Virus record (IMG/VR): IMGVR_UViG_3300045988_159607
Source: a virus
Reading direction: 5' to 3' (one strand)
DNA: 64,000 bases
The stretch's first letter is position 1, and the number at the start of each line of letters is the position of its first letter. Under the pieces are notes generated by a model. The model worked only from the letters and a program-made list of their open reading frames with translations, was not told the origin of the DNA and ran no database searches. Shown piece after piece: positions 20,373-30,146 of this stretch. Position numbers and translations under genes: made by a program.

Positions 20373-21588
20373 GTTCAACATAGGGAAGAATGAAGATATA
20401 TCGAAGTTGTGCAAGGTTAGTAACAACCTGTATAACCAAGCTTTGTATGTCTTTCGGGAAACATTGAAAAATGAATCCAAATGGCTTTCCTATTTTGAAC
20501 TTGACAAAATCTTGAAGGATACAAGAAACTTGGATGGAGAAATAAATTACAGATTACTGAAGGCTCAATGTTCTCAACAGGTACTTAAACTACTTGATAA
20601 GAATATAAAAAGCTATTACAAATCTGTTCAGGATTATAAGAAATATCCAAATAAGTATAAAGAAAAACCGGGGCTTCCAAGTTATAGGAAAAGAGGTTCC
20701 GAGTTTAATATGTATTATACAAATCAAAATTGTAGAATAAGGATTGGTAAAATAATTCTTTCAAAGGAACTTTCGATAAGCATTCCTCAATATGAGAAGT
20801 ATTCTGATTTGCTTGAAAATTTCAAACAAGTAAGAATATTACCTAATCACATAGGGTATAGAATTGAAGTTATTTATGAAGTGGAAGATATTGAAATCCC
20901 TAAAAGTAAGGAAGAGAAAATAGCTTCTATTGATTTAGGTATTGACAATCTGGCGACTATTGTCAGTGAGGATTTTACTATTATTTTTAGTGGTAAATTT
21001 GTTAAATCACACAATAAGCTATTTAACAAGACATTAGCTGAATTGAATAGTATAAAAGATTCGCAAAAAATAAAAGGGGCAACGAAACGAATAAAGAAAT
21101 TATATTATGACAGGGATAATTACATAGAGGATGTATTTCATAAGATCAGTAGAAAGATAGTTGATTTGCTTATCGATTCTAAGATAACAAAATTAGTTGT
21201 AGGCTATAATAAGGGATGGAAAACTGGAGTAAATATAGGTAAAAGGAACAACCAGAAGTTTACACAAATCCCTTTTGCGAGATTGGTTAGTTACTTAGAA
21301 TACAAATGTGAATTAGCTGGTATTGAAATAGTTATTCATGAAGAATCATATACTTCAAAATGTGACTCTCTTGCATTTGAGAAGATAGGAAGACATGATA
21401 GCTATTTAGGAAGAAGGAAGAAACGAGGGTTGTTTCAATCTTCGGTAGGAAAGCTCATTAATGCTGATGTAAATGGTGCATTGAACATTATGAGAAAAGT
21501 AGTTGGTGATTCCTGTGAATCAATTCGTAGGATAATCGATAGAGGGTTATTGTTTAATCCGGTAAGGATTACGAATGTATTTTGTTAA
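20356..21588 (+). CDS. tnpB: TnpB (OrfB) RuvC-like RNA-guided nuclease
   Basis: RuvC-I ASIDLGIDNLAT, RuvC-II HEESYTSKCD, RuvC-III NADVNGALNI. Confidence 0.8.
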   Translation: MRLVYKFNIGKNEDISKLCKVSNNLYNQALYVFRETLKNESKWLSYFELDKILKDTRNLDGEINYRLLKAQCSQQVLKLLDKNIKSYYKSVQDYKKYPNKYKEKPGLPSYRKRGSEFNMYYTNQNCRIRIGKIILSKELSISIPQYEKYSDLLENFKQVRILPNHIGYRIEVIYEVEDIEIPKSKEEKIASIDLGIDNLATIVSEDFTIIFSGKFVKSHNKLFNKTLAELNSIKDSQKIKGATKRIKKLYYDRDNYIEDVFHKISRKIVDLLIDSKITKLVVGYNKGWKTGVNIGKRNNQKFTQIPFARLVSYLEYKCELAGIEIVIHEESYTSKCDSLAFEKIGRHDSYLGRRKKRGLFQSSVGKLINADVNGALNIMRKVVGDSCESIRRIIDRGLLFNPVRITNVFC

Positions 21589-21661
21589 TAAGGTACATTC
21601 CGAAACTTATAAAGAAATGTAATAGGTTTTTATTGAATTTAATATTTTTCATAACATCATC

Positions 21662-22150
21662 ATGGAAAAAAGCAGAGAATTGTCAATAGACGAATATTTG
21701 AAGGCGCTCCAGTTGGAATACCTTACAAATAAGGTGAGAAGTCTTATCTTTGACCGTCCAGAGTTTGTCAAGATGGCTTCTGACATAGCAGAGTTCAAAA
21801 AGGAAAGAATAGAGCTTCTTTCCAAACGTCACTTCAAATCTTCTATTTTTATGTCAACGGAAGAGTTTTTGAACTTTTATGAGAACGAGTTCTTGAATCC
21901 TTTCGGACTTCCCAATTTCCAGTATAGTAATGATGAGAAAAAGCGTGCTTCACAGTGGTATTGGGATGTTGTTCATTTGCTTGGTAAAGGACAGGTAGTT
22001 ATCTATAAAGACAGCGAATATCCTATATTAGGTAATAATATGAAAGATCGGATGGTTTGCATTCAAGTAAACAAGAAAAGAAAAAATGTAAGTTATTCAG
22101 AAATCAAAATACAGAAACTTGTAATGTGTTTTGATGGTAAATTATTATAA
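21662..22150 (+). CDS. hypothetical protein
   Basis: 162-aa ORF. Confidence 0.5.
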   Translation: MEKSRELSIDEYLKALQLEYLTNKVRSLIFDRPEFVKMASDIAEFKKERIELLSKRHFKSSIFMSTEEFLNFYENEFLNPFGLPNFQYSNDEKKRASQWYWDVVHLLGKGQVVIYKDSEYPILGNNMKDRMVCIQVNKKRKNVSYSEIKIQKLVMCFDGKLL

Positions 22151-22171
22151 ATCAATAAATTATTTCGAACT

Positions 22172-22714
22172 ATGAATTTTAAAGAGTATGAAGCTCACGC
22201 AGCTTCAACAGCTTGCTACGCAAAAGAGGTAGCTATTCCGTATGTGATAATGGGACTTACCAATGAGCTGGCAGAAGTTTACGAGAAAGTAGATTGCGCA
22301 GCCGAAGCAAAGGAAATTGTAAAGGAAATAGGGGATGTTCTTTGGTATGTTGCCATGACAAGACAGGAACTTGAATTGCCGGAATTGGAGTTTCCAGAGA
22401 TTATCAAAAAGCTGACTGACGAAGATGTTTATCATTTGTCACCTTCCTACTTGTTGCAACAGACAGGTATTATCAACGGGCATGTAAAGAAATTTTTCCG
22501 GGATGATGATTATAAGGCAGGGTTTACAGAAAAAAGAAAAGAACCATGCCATAAGGCTTTGAAAGAAATCTTACAAGGGTTGCAGAACCTTGCTGTCTAT
22601 ATTGAAGGAAACAAGGGAGACTGCTCTTTAGTGTCGATTGCAAAGGGAAATGTGGAAAAGTTGTCTAAAAGAAAAGCCGAGAACAAAATACATGGGGACG
22701 GTGATAACCGGTAA
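22172..22714 (+). CDS. MazG-like nucleotide pyrophosphohydrolase
   Basis: LTNELAEVYEK ... EIGDVLWYVAM (the EExxE...D motifs of all-alpha NTP-PPases). Confidence 0.6.
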   Translation: MNFKEYEAHAASTACYAKEVAIPYVIMGLTNELAEVYEKVDCAAEAKEIVKEIGDVLWYVAMTRQELELPELEFPEIIKKLTDEDVYHLSPSYLLQQTGIINGHVKKFFRDDDYKAGFTEKRKEPCHKALKEILQGLQNLAVYIEGNKGDCSLVSIAKGNVEKLSKRKAENKIHGDGDNR

Positions 22715-22719
22715 CGATT

Positions 22720-23268
22720 ATGGTACGTGCTGTTACTTTTTTAGGAGCTTCTTGCGTTGGAAAGACATCTGTTTTTGATCTTATCGAAAAGGACAGATCA
22801 TTTGCCAGATTCGCCAAAATAGGCAGCATATCAAGACAACTTGTAAAGGAAGGGGAAATAGACCCTTCCTTTAATTCTGTCCCCAGTCAAAGGGCGATAT
22901 TTGACAAGTATCTTGAAGTGCTGCACGGTGAAAACTATATTTCCGATAGAAGCGTTATTGATGTTCATACTTTCACAAGGACATTGCCCTATTCGATTTC
23001 GTTAGATAATGAATTAAGACGGCAGTCGGATTTGATAAGTCTTAATGAATACTATCTTCCCGTTATCTTTTATTTTCCTATCTATTGGAATGTTGAAAGC
23101 GATGGAGAAAGATTGGACGATGAAAACAGGAGAAGAAAATGGGACAGTGAGATAAGGAGATTCTTAATAGACAAGAGATTACCTTACGAAGTAATGCCAA
23201 ACGACACTCCTTTTAATAGGGTAAGGTTCATAAAGGGTGTACTTTCTACAAGAATGAATTTACGTTAA
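22720..23268 (+). CDS. P-loop NTPase / kinase-like protein
   Basis: Walker A FLGASCVGKTS at the N-terminus. Small size is typical of nucleoside/nucleotide kinases. Confidence 0.45.
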   Translation: MVRAVTFLGASCVGKTSVFDLIEKDRSFARFAKIGSISRQLVKEGEIDPSFNSVPSQRAIFDKYLEVLHGENYISDRSVIDVHTFTRTLPYSISLDNELRRQSDLISLNEYYLPVIFYFPIYWNVESDGERLDDENRRRKWDSEIRRFLIDKRLPYEVMPNDTPFNRVRFIKGVLSTRMNLR

Positions 23269-23300
23269 ATTCATTGTTAAAATCGGCAAAACTTCAATTA

Positions 23301-23324
23301 TTGTATGCAATAGTTGTATATTTG
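23301..23324 (+). promoter_or_regulatory. promoter-like motif TTGTATGCAATAGTTG + TATATTTG (-7 box)
   Basis: Matches the Bacteroides-type -7 consensus TAnnTTTG. The 16-mer is shared with 10644. Confidence 0.45.
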
Positions 23325-23349
23325 CCGATAGAAAACGAAAAGAAGAAAT

Positions 23350-26300
23350 ATGGAAAATCTGTTTAACGAGTTGGAAGAATATCTTTCTTCCAATACAATA
23401 CAATACACTTCTGACAGGGAAAACTATACCGTGTCATTTGATGGAAAGACATACGAGCTTTTTTCTCCAAATGATGATGGGTATTTCTTTGATGAAGATT
23501 TTCGATGGGACAATGAAGCTACCGAATATGATGGATATGTCTTTCGTTTTGGTGGCGTATGGTACACCATAGAGAAAGGACAGGAACGTGATCCTAAGCT
23601 GAATCGTGTAAAATGGAGAGGGCAAAGCGAAGTGGCAGGGCTTTCTTCCAATTTTTTGGGCGTGCATGGTTCATTTGAGCTTCTAAACGGAACAAGCCTA
23701 TATTCTGATTGGGTGAAGAAAGCCAAATTCTTAGGGATCGAACGTCTTGGGATAGTGGAAAAGGGGACACTTGCAGGAGCATTGAAATTTCAGAATGCTT
23801 GCAAATCTGTAGGAATTATCCCTGTGTTTGGGTTGGAAGTCCCTGTAAAAGATGAAAAAAAAGACATTTCGTTCACTTACAAAATCTATGCTAAAAACGA
23901 AAAGGGGTGGCAGCATCTTCTTGCCATCAACAAAATAATCAATTGTGATTCTTCCGGGAAATTCATAACTCCCAAGGATATGTCGGAGCATGTGACAGAT
24001 GTGTTTATCATATTTGACCCGAAAACAATTGATTATACTGATGTTCCTATTCTTTTAAGAAACAAGCATAACGTGTTTTGGCAAGCTGATACAGTGGAAT
24101 ATGCAAAGTTCAACAGAGATACAGAATATCTTACAAACTTTGAAGCCTTTTACAAGTCGAAAATGAAACCTGTAGCACTTTGCGATGCTTTCTATATTGA
24201 ACCGGAATACTATATTCTAAGGGAAACTGTAAACAAGATAGGAAAGAAGGTTAATCATAAATCCTACAACCAGTATTTTAAGGACGAAGTGACTTACATG
24301 GAAGAACTTCTTTCTTTGTTTGGAGATCAGTCTGTAGGGGAAGCCTTTTATTTAAAGGCACGGGAAAATATGGATATGATTGCGGAAAGCTGCAATTTTG
24401 AAATTCCTACTGACAGTAGACATCTTCCTCGTTACGAAATGACAAAAGAGGAAAAAGAAAAGTATGAATCCAACGAAGACATGTTTGATTCCCTTATCTA
24501 TGAAGGTCTGGAGAATAAACCGGAGCTTTTGGAAGACTATTCGGAAGATGTGTTGGTAGAACGGATTGAAAGGGAATCCGATACGATCAAATTTGGAGAT
24601 GTAGTGGATTATTTTTTGATCTTACGTGATATCGTCAATTGGTGCAAGGGGAACGATATTCTATTAGGTGGAGGAAGAGGTTCGTCAGCAGGATGTTTAA
24701 TTTCTTACCTTTTTGGTATTGTAAATACAAATGCCTTAAAGTTTAACTTACTTTTTGAAAGATTTTTGAACAAAGGACGTGCCAAAGTATCTCTTCCCGA
24801 TGTGGACACGGATGTTCCAGGAGAGAAAAGACCATTGGTAAAACGATACATGGAAAATCGTTTTGGAGAAACACAAGTTTGTTCTGTGGGTACATATACT
24901 ACCTTGCAGATAAAACAAGCTATAAACGACGTAGGAAAGATTTATGGAGCTTCCATTCCTACTCTTAGAAGAATCTCCAAAATGATAGAAGATGTGAAGA
25001 CGGAGGAAGATTTTCTAAGACTTGCTCATAGAAAAGAAGAAATAGCGCAATTCATGAATAAATATCCTGAAATGATGAATGTTGTTTTCCTTCTTCTTGG
25101 ACAACAAAAGGCAGCTTCTATTCATGCTTGTGCTATGATGATTTTTCCAAAGGAAAAGACAATGTACGAGTGGTGTCCTGTAAGAAAGGTGGACAATCTT
25201 GTTGTTAGCGAATGGGAAGGCGGAGAAATGGATGAGGCAGGTTTTCTGAAAGAAGATATCTTAGGAATCGAGCAGCTTGATAAATTTACCGATATTCTTA
25301 CCTTGATAGAAAAGAATACTGGAAAGAAGATCAATCTCTATACAGACATAGAATATGATGATTCAGAAGTGTACCGCTATTTTGCAAACGGCTGGCTTAG
25401 CGATATATTCCAATTCTCTGCAAAGGGACTTTCTTCTTACACACAGAAAATGAAACCTAAAAATATGGATGATGTGATTGCTGCACTTTCCTTGTTCCGT
25501 CCCGGACCAATGGAAAACGGCTTTCACATGGATTATATTGCATTGAAAAATGGAGAAAAAGAACCTGAATATCCTATTGGTGCAGAAGAAATATTGAAAG
25601 ATACATACGGGCTTCTTACTACACAGGAACAAATCATGAATATTTGCAATCAACTTGCTGATTTTGACTTAGTTACTTGTGATAAAGTACGCAAGGCATT
25701 GGGTAAGAAAAAGTTAGATGTTCTTCTCCCGTTAAAGGCAAAGTTCATAGAAGGGTACGTAAGCAAATTCGGAAGCAAAGGTGTAACCAAAGAGAGCGCA
25801 GAACATCTTTGGGATCAGATGGAAGAATTTGCTAAGTATTCGTTCAATCGCTGTATTTCAGGTAGTTGCAAGTTTTTAAGGAACGCTTGCTCTAAAAGTA
25901 AAAGACAACCAACCATTGAAGAGATGTATTTGATCCGAAACGATATTGAATTTGCGAAAGCAAATAATTGGTTGCCACTTAGAAGTAAATATATGAGATT
26001 GGGGTACGGGGAATGTCTTACTATGTGTGAAGATGGTAGAATTAGAACACGTAAGATTAAAGATATTCGATTTGCTGGCGTAAGGCAAACTTATAAAATT
26101 ACTTTAGAAGAAGGTCGGTATATTTCTGTTACAGATAATCACAAGTTTCCTACTCAAAGGGGAAAGGTAATGTGCAAAGATTTAGTAGTAGGAGAAGATA
26201 GTTTATTTGTCCAACTACCGTATGAGAAAACAGACAGCCAGCGATATAATTTTACAAATCTTAGAGGTAAAGACTGGTCTAAAGATCATAGAGAGTTTTT

Positions 26301-27633
26301 AAATTCTCAAAAAGGTCACATGGGTTTCGTAAAAACAAACGGAGAATCCTCTAAATTTAAAGATTTTAGGTCTGAAAATGGAGGGTGGGGGATTTGTAAA
26401 ATATGCAAGAAAGAAAGTCGATTAGAGATACATCATGTTGATGGGAATAGACGCAATAATGAAAATGAAAACCTTATTTCTATCTGCGCTTCTTGTCATA
26501 AGAAAATTCATTATCGAGAATTTAATAGGACAAGACGAGGGGAGAAAGGCTATCCTTCTAAACTAATGAGAATTGTTAGTATTGAGCCTGATAAGATAGA
26601 AAATGTATATGATGTTGAAGTGGACGATCCAAACCATAATTTTTGTACGGAACAAGGTGTTATTACTTGTAATAGTCACGCTGCTGCTTACGCTATTAAC
26701 GCTTACAATTCTTTGTGGCTGAAAGTACATTATCCATTGGAGTTTTGGTCGGTTGCCTTATCTCGTGCAAGTAAAGATGATTTTCCTCGTTACATTAATG
26801 AGATGAATCAAACGGAAGGGATCGAAATCAAGCCTGTCAATATCAACAAATCTGATGTTGGCATCGTAGGTGACAAAAAGAGCAACAGTGTTTATTGGGC
26901 GCTCAATGCCACCCAACAAGTCGGAGAAAAGGCACAGGAACAGATTATCAAAGAGAGAAATGAGAATGGAGATTATTTTTCTTTGGAAGAGTTTGTAGAC
27001 CGTCATTCCTTTAAGGGTTCTTCCGTTAATAAGTCCACTGTTGAAAACCTTATTTATTCAGGTGCTTTTGACGAGATGGACGAAACAAGAGAGTTTTCCA
27101 ATATCTTCTCTGCAAGGGAATATATGCTTGGGAAATATCGAGAAAAGAACCGTATCAAGATAGATAGGGAAAAGGACGAATACAGCGTTGCTTTCAGCAA
27201 AAACAAGATAGGTAAGGATTGGTGGTGGCTTTTGCAACAGAAAAACAAGTCCGGTTTCGCTTTCTTTGATTACAAGAAATTGACAGAGGAATACCTTCGG
27301 CAGAAAGCAAAGACTGCGGAATATTACGATGTGGACGATTTGCAAAACTATGACGGTTCTACTTATAAAATGGCAATGGTGGGAGGATATGTGTTGGAAG
27401 TGGAAGAAAAGGAGTCAAAAACAGGGGCATTTGCCAGCCTTCTACTTGAAAACAACTACAAATTTCTTCGTGTGGTGATATTCCCTGCCGACTATATGGA
27501 TAAAGAAGAATATATCCAAAGTTGCAAGAAGAACATCTTACTGCTTACAGGAAAGGTTTCTTTTGATAGATTTAAAGAGGAATATGTGATACAAGCAAAT
27601 GGAAACAGTCAATTTATAAAATTGGGAGTGTGA
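23350..27633 (+). CDS. dnaE: DNA polymerase III alpha (DnaE-type) replicase, interrupted by an HNH intein
   Basis: PHP-like N-terminus, GGGRGSSAGCLISYLFGI, PDVDTD, FRPGPM, and YSFNR|...|SHAAAYA. Confidence 0.8.
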   Translation: MENLFNELEEYLSSNTIQYTSDRENYTVSFDGKTYELFSPNDDGYFFDEDFRWDNEATEYDGYVFRFGGVWYTIEKGQERDPKLNRVKWRGQSEVAGLSSNFLGVHGSFELLNGTSLYSDWVKKAKFLGIERLGIVEKGTLAGALKFQNACKSVGIIPVFGLEVPVKDEKKDISFTYKIYAKNEKGWQHLLAINKIINCDSSGKFITPKDMSEHVTDVFIIFDPKTIDYTDVPILLRNKHNVFWQADTVEYAKFNRDTEYLTNFEAFYKSKMKPVALCDAFYIEPEYYILRETVNKIGKKVNHKSYNQYFKDEVTYMEELLSLFGDQSVGEAFYLKARENMDMIAESCNFEIPTDSRHLPRYEMTKEEKEKYESNEDMFDSLIYEGLENKPELLEDYSEDVLVERIERESDTIKFGDVVDYFLILRDIVNWCKGNDILLGGGRGSSAGCLISYLFGIVNTNALKFNLLFERFLNKGRAKVSLPDVDTDVPGEKRPLVKRYMENRFGETQVCSVGTYTTLQIKQAINDVGKIYGASIPTLRRISKMIEDVKTEEDFLRLAHRKEEIAQFMNKYPEMMNVVFLLLGQQKAASIHACAMMIFPKEKTMYEWCPVRKVDNLVVSEWEGGEMDEAGFLKEDILGIEQLDKFTDILTLIEKNTGKKINLYTDIEYDDSEVYRYFANGWLSDIFQFSAKGLSSYTQKMKPKNMDDVIAALSLFRPGPMENGFHMDYIALKNGEKEPEYPIGAEEILKDTYGLLTTQEQIMNICNQLADFDLVTCDKVRKALGKKKLDVLLPLKAKFIEGYVSKFGSKGVTKESAEHLWDQMEEFAKYSFNRCISGSCKFLRNACSKSKRQPTIEEMYLIRNDIEFAKANNWLPLRSKYMRLGYGECLTMCEDGRIRTRKIKDIRFAGVRQTYKITLEEGRYISVTDNHKFPTQRGKVMCKDLVVGEDSLFVQLPYEKTDSQRYNFTNLRGKDWSKDHREFLNSQKGHMGFVKTNGESSKFKDFRSENGGWGICKICKKESRLEIHHVDGNRRNNENENLISICASCHKKIHYREFNRTRRGEKGYPSKLMRIVSIEPDKIENVYDVEVDDPNHNFCTEQGVITCNSHAAAYAINAYNSLWLKVHYPLEFWSVALSRASKDDFPRYINEMNQTEGIEIKPVNINKSDVGIVGDKKSNSVYWALNATQQVGEKAQEQIIKERNENGDYFSLEEFVDRHSFKGSSVNKSTVENLIYSGAFDEMDETREFSNIFSAREYMLGKYREKNRIKIDREKDEYSVAFSKNKIGKDWWWLLQQKNKSGFAFFDYKKLTEEYLRQKAKTAEYYDVDDLQNYDGSTYKMAMVGGYVLEVEEKESKTGAFASLLLENNYKFLRVVIFPADYMDKEEYIQSCKKNILLLTGKVSFDRFKEEYVIQANGNSQFIKLGV
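25852..26673 (+). mobile_element. intein (274 aa) with HNH homing-endonuclease domain in the DnaE FN(K/R)SHAAAY motif
   Basis: Starts CISGSC. Block B VTDNHKFPT. HNH CKICKK..EIHHVDGNRRNNENENLISICASCHKKIH. Ends VYDVEVDDPNHNFCTEQGVITCN followed by +1 Ser. Confidence 0.8.
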
Positions 27634-27794
27634 TGGAAAAAGGAGAGAAAGAAAAGATTTTATGGGATTGTATTGAAAATCGTGCCGGTGAAAGGGCAAA
27701 AGATTTTTCATTTCCGATAGATATTTTTAATGGCATTTTAGATGCAATGGAGCAGTATGCTAATTTAAAGATGAAAGAAAATGAAATTGGTTAG
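27633..27794 (+). CDS. small hypothetical protein (53 aa, below track cutoff)
   Basis: Hand translation MEKGEKEKILWDCIENRAGERAKDFSFPIDIFNGILDAMEQYANLKMKENEIG*. The start overlaps the dnaE stop (TGATG). Confidence 0.4.
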   Translation: MEKGEKEKILWDCIENRAGERAKDFSFPIDIFNGILDAMEQYANLKMKENEIG

Positions 27795-28311
27795 GAATAT
27801 TGGTGACAAGGCTATAGTCTTGATTTCAAACGACCTTAAAAATGAACTGGATATGGATGCTGTAACTTCTATAGACCATTCCAATCTATACGGGGAGATA
27901 GCTACAAGTTCAGTCTTGTTGAACAAAGTAGGACTTCTTCGTGCGCAGGCTGAATCCGAATATGAAGCCGCCAAGTTGGAATTTTCTGTACATAAAGCAC
28001 AGCTTTCTACAGAGATAAGACGGGAATCCATTGTGAACGCCGGAAAGGTCAAAGTGGAAGATATAGGACTTGTGAAACTTACAGAAAGTTCTTTAGAAGA
28101 TATTCTTACCATCAATCCAGAGCTTAATGCAATGCAAAAGACACTTGTCAAGAAGAAAAAGTATTTGGCGGAAATAGATAGTCTCTATTGGGCGTTACAG
28201 TCGAAAGACCGAAAATTAAACAATTTAGTTCCAAAAGTTACACCGGAAGAGTTTTTGGATAATTTAGTGGAAGGAGAAATAAATACATTCATAATTAAAA
28301 AAGAAAAGTAA
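27781..28311 (+). CDS. hypothetical protein (coiled-coil-like)
   Basis: 176-aa ORF. Confidence 0.5.
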   Translation: MKLVRNIGDKAIVLISNDLKNELDMDAVTSIDHSNLYGEIATSSVLLNKVGLLRAQAESEYEAAKLEFSVHKAQLSTEIRRESIVNAGKVKVEDIGLVKLTESSLEDILTINPELNAMQKTLVKKKKYLAEIDSLYWALQSKDRKLNNLVPKVTPEEFLDNLVEGEINTFIIKKEK

Positions 28312-28314
28312 GGT

Positions 28315-28590
28315 ATGAGAATTAAATTAACAGAAAATTATTTTATCGAACAAAGTACGAATGCACCACATTTATGGGATTTGTACCGTAAAAGAACGGC
28401 AAAAGAAACTGGAAAGCAATATGAAACAGCAGAGGCTTATGGATTAGATTTAAAGCAAGTGGTGGGGAAAGTGCCCTATTTTGAAATTCTTTCAAAAGAA
28501 GGGGAGGCTGTTACATTCGAAGAATTTGTAAAAGAATTTGAGAGTAAGCAAAAAGAGATCGTTTTAGAGTTTCTAAAGCAAGCAAAATAA
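28315..28590 (+). CDS. hypothetical protein
   Basis: 91-aa ORF. Confidence 0.5.
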   Translation: MRIKLTENYFIEQSTNAPHLWDLYRKRTAKETGKQYETAEAYGLDLKQVVGKVPYFEILSKEGEAVTFEEFVKEFESKQKEIVLEFLKQAK

Positions 28591-28617
28591 GTATCAACAT
28601 TTTAAAACATTAGAGTT

Positions 28618-30063
28618 ATGAAATTTGACAGATCGAAGTTCAAAAAACAGTCAGTAGAAGATTTGGATTCAGAAGTAAAGCAAGCAGAAAAGACAATGCG
28701 AAAGGGTGGTAAATCTTATACCGGATTTGCTACCGTCCAAAAAGGAAAGAATACATTCCGTGTAGCTCCTTCAATGGGTAAAGCCTATGTCGCTTGCAAA
28801 ATGTCAAAGCTCCGCGTGGAAGTTCCTACTTATGACGAGAACGGTAACGTAACAGGAAAGGAAGTAAAAGACAAGAACATTTTTTGTGCGGACGTACATG
28901 GACGCAACCTTCTTAAAGGAAAAGACCCTATCGTCCTTTATTGCGACTATGTGAGAAAGAAAGCATCCGAAGAATATCAAGATGATACGGAAAGACGCAA
29001 GTACCTCAATCCTATCATGGGTTACAAGAAAGGCAACAAGTTTGTATGGGGTATCAATCCTACGCTGGCTTATGTTTGCTATGTGTATCAAGGGAACAAA
29101 GATTTTGCCCGTTTGCAGCTTTATGGAACATGGATGAACCGTATAAAGGAAATTTCTGTAGAACAATCTGATGATGATACGGTTTCGTTCGACATTTTCT
29201 CACAGATGGAAGGTGCTTATCCCCTTGTAATCACGATGGGGGAAGATGATAAAGGCAAAAAGACTTATTCTTTATCTGCCGGCATACCGAAGAAAGGTCA
29301 GTCATGGGATGAGTTTTTTGAAGAAACTGCTATCCCGGACGAAGACATGGAATATTTCTTGAATGAAGTTCCTTCACTTGAAGAAATTTACAAAGATTCT
29401 TACAGAGCAAAGGATTTTGAAATGGCTTTGGATGGATTGAAACGCTTCGATGAAGAAAATAATTATGATATCTTTTCCGACGATGAGTTCTTGAATGAAA
29501 TTGAAGAAATGGCAGCAATGCTTCCAGAAGATGAGAGCAAGGAAACTACATCTGATGAAAACGAAGATAACGAAGAAGCTGACAAAAAGAAAACTGTAGC
29601 AAAGAAACCGGCAAAGGAAGAAGACGAGCAAGAAAAACCTGCGCCTAAGAAACAGGTTGTAAAAGCTCCTGCTGCCGAAAAAGCTGCAAAAGTCGCTTCT
29701 CAACCTCCGCTTTCCAAAATGAAAGCCTTTTTGTCGCAATATATTGATGAAGAATATCCTAGCATGGAGATTCCATCCGATCTTACAATTACAGAACTTC
29801 GTGAATGGTACGATCTGGCACAAAAGGGAGAAGCGTTGCCTTTCCCGGAAGGTGAAGAAGATGATGCAGAACAGGAATATGAAACTGAATCTGACGATGA
29901 TCGGGCAAAAGACGAACCGGAAAAGGAAGATAGGGAAGATGAACATCCCGCAGGGGAGGAAGAGGAATCTCCTATTGATGAAGAACAGACGGACAATGAC
30001 GAAAAGTTATTGGAAGCAAAAAAACGCTTACAAGCTCTAAAAGCCCGAATGAAGAAGAAATAA
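28618..30063 (+). CDS. putative ssDNA-binding protein (gp32-like architecture) with long acidic C-terminal tail
   Basis: 481 aa. N-terminal globular part (FRVAPS..., DPIVLYCDYV...) followed by an extremely acidic, low-complexity tail. Located in the replication module. The call rests on architecture only. Confidence 0.4.
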   Translation: MKFDRSKFKKQSVEDLDSEVKQAEKTMRKGGKSYTGFATVQKGKNTFRVAPSMGKAYVACKMSKLRVEVPTYDENGNVTGKEVKDKNIFCADVHGRNLLKGKDPIVLYCDYVRKKASEEYQDDTERRKYLNPIMGYKKGNKFVWGINPTLAYVCYVYQGNKDFARLQLYGTWMNRIKEISVEQSDDDTVSFDIFSQMEGAYPLVITMGEDDKGKKTYSLSAGIPKKGQSWDEFFEETAIPDEDMEYFLNEVPSLEEIYKDSYRAKDFEMALDGLKRFDEENNYDIFSDDEFLNEIEEMAAMLPEDESKETTSDENEDNEEADKKKTVAKKPAKEEDEQEKPAPKKQVVKAPAAEKAAKVASQPPLSKMKAFLSQYIDEEYPSMEIPSDLTITELREWYDLAQKGEALPFPEGEEDDAEQEYETESDDDRAKDEPEKEDREDEHPAGEEEESPIDEEQTDNDEKLLEAKKRLQALKARMKKK

Positions 30064-30095
30064 TTTTTCTTTTCGTTTTTCTAATATATCAATCC

Positions 30096-30131
30096 GAAAG
30101 GGAATGGAGAACTTTGTGTTCTCCCCCTTTC
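30096..30131 (+). terminator. strong hairpin (terminator/attenuator-like)
   Basis: GAAAGGG-aat-GGAGAAC-tttgt-GTTCTCC-CCCTTTC. No clear T-run follows. Confidence 0.4.
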
Positions 30132-30146
30132 CTAACAATTTCGATC

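Larger units (their letters stand above)
19673..21661 (+). mobile_element. IS607-family insertion sequence (tnpA-tnpB), filling the whole primase/next-gene gap
   Basis: Serine-recombinase TnpA overlaps the TnpB start by 17 nt. AT-rich ends. The exact ends are not determinable, because IS607 has no terminal IR or TSD. Confidence 0.7.

Noticed and set aside
29744-30040. Plus-strand ORF of 98 aa overlapping the 3' end of the SSB-like gene in another frame.
   Set aside because: It is a Lys/Arg/Asn-rich alternative frame of the acidic, GAA/GAT-rich tail. This is a compositional artefact.
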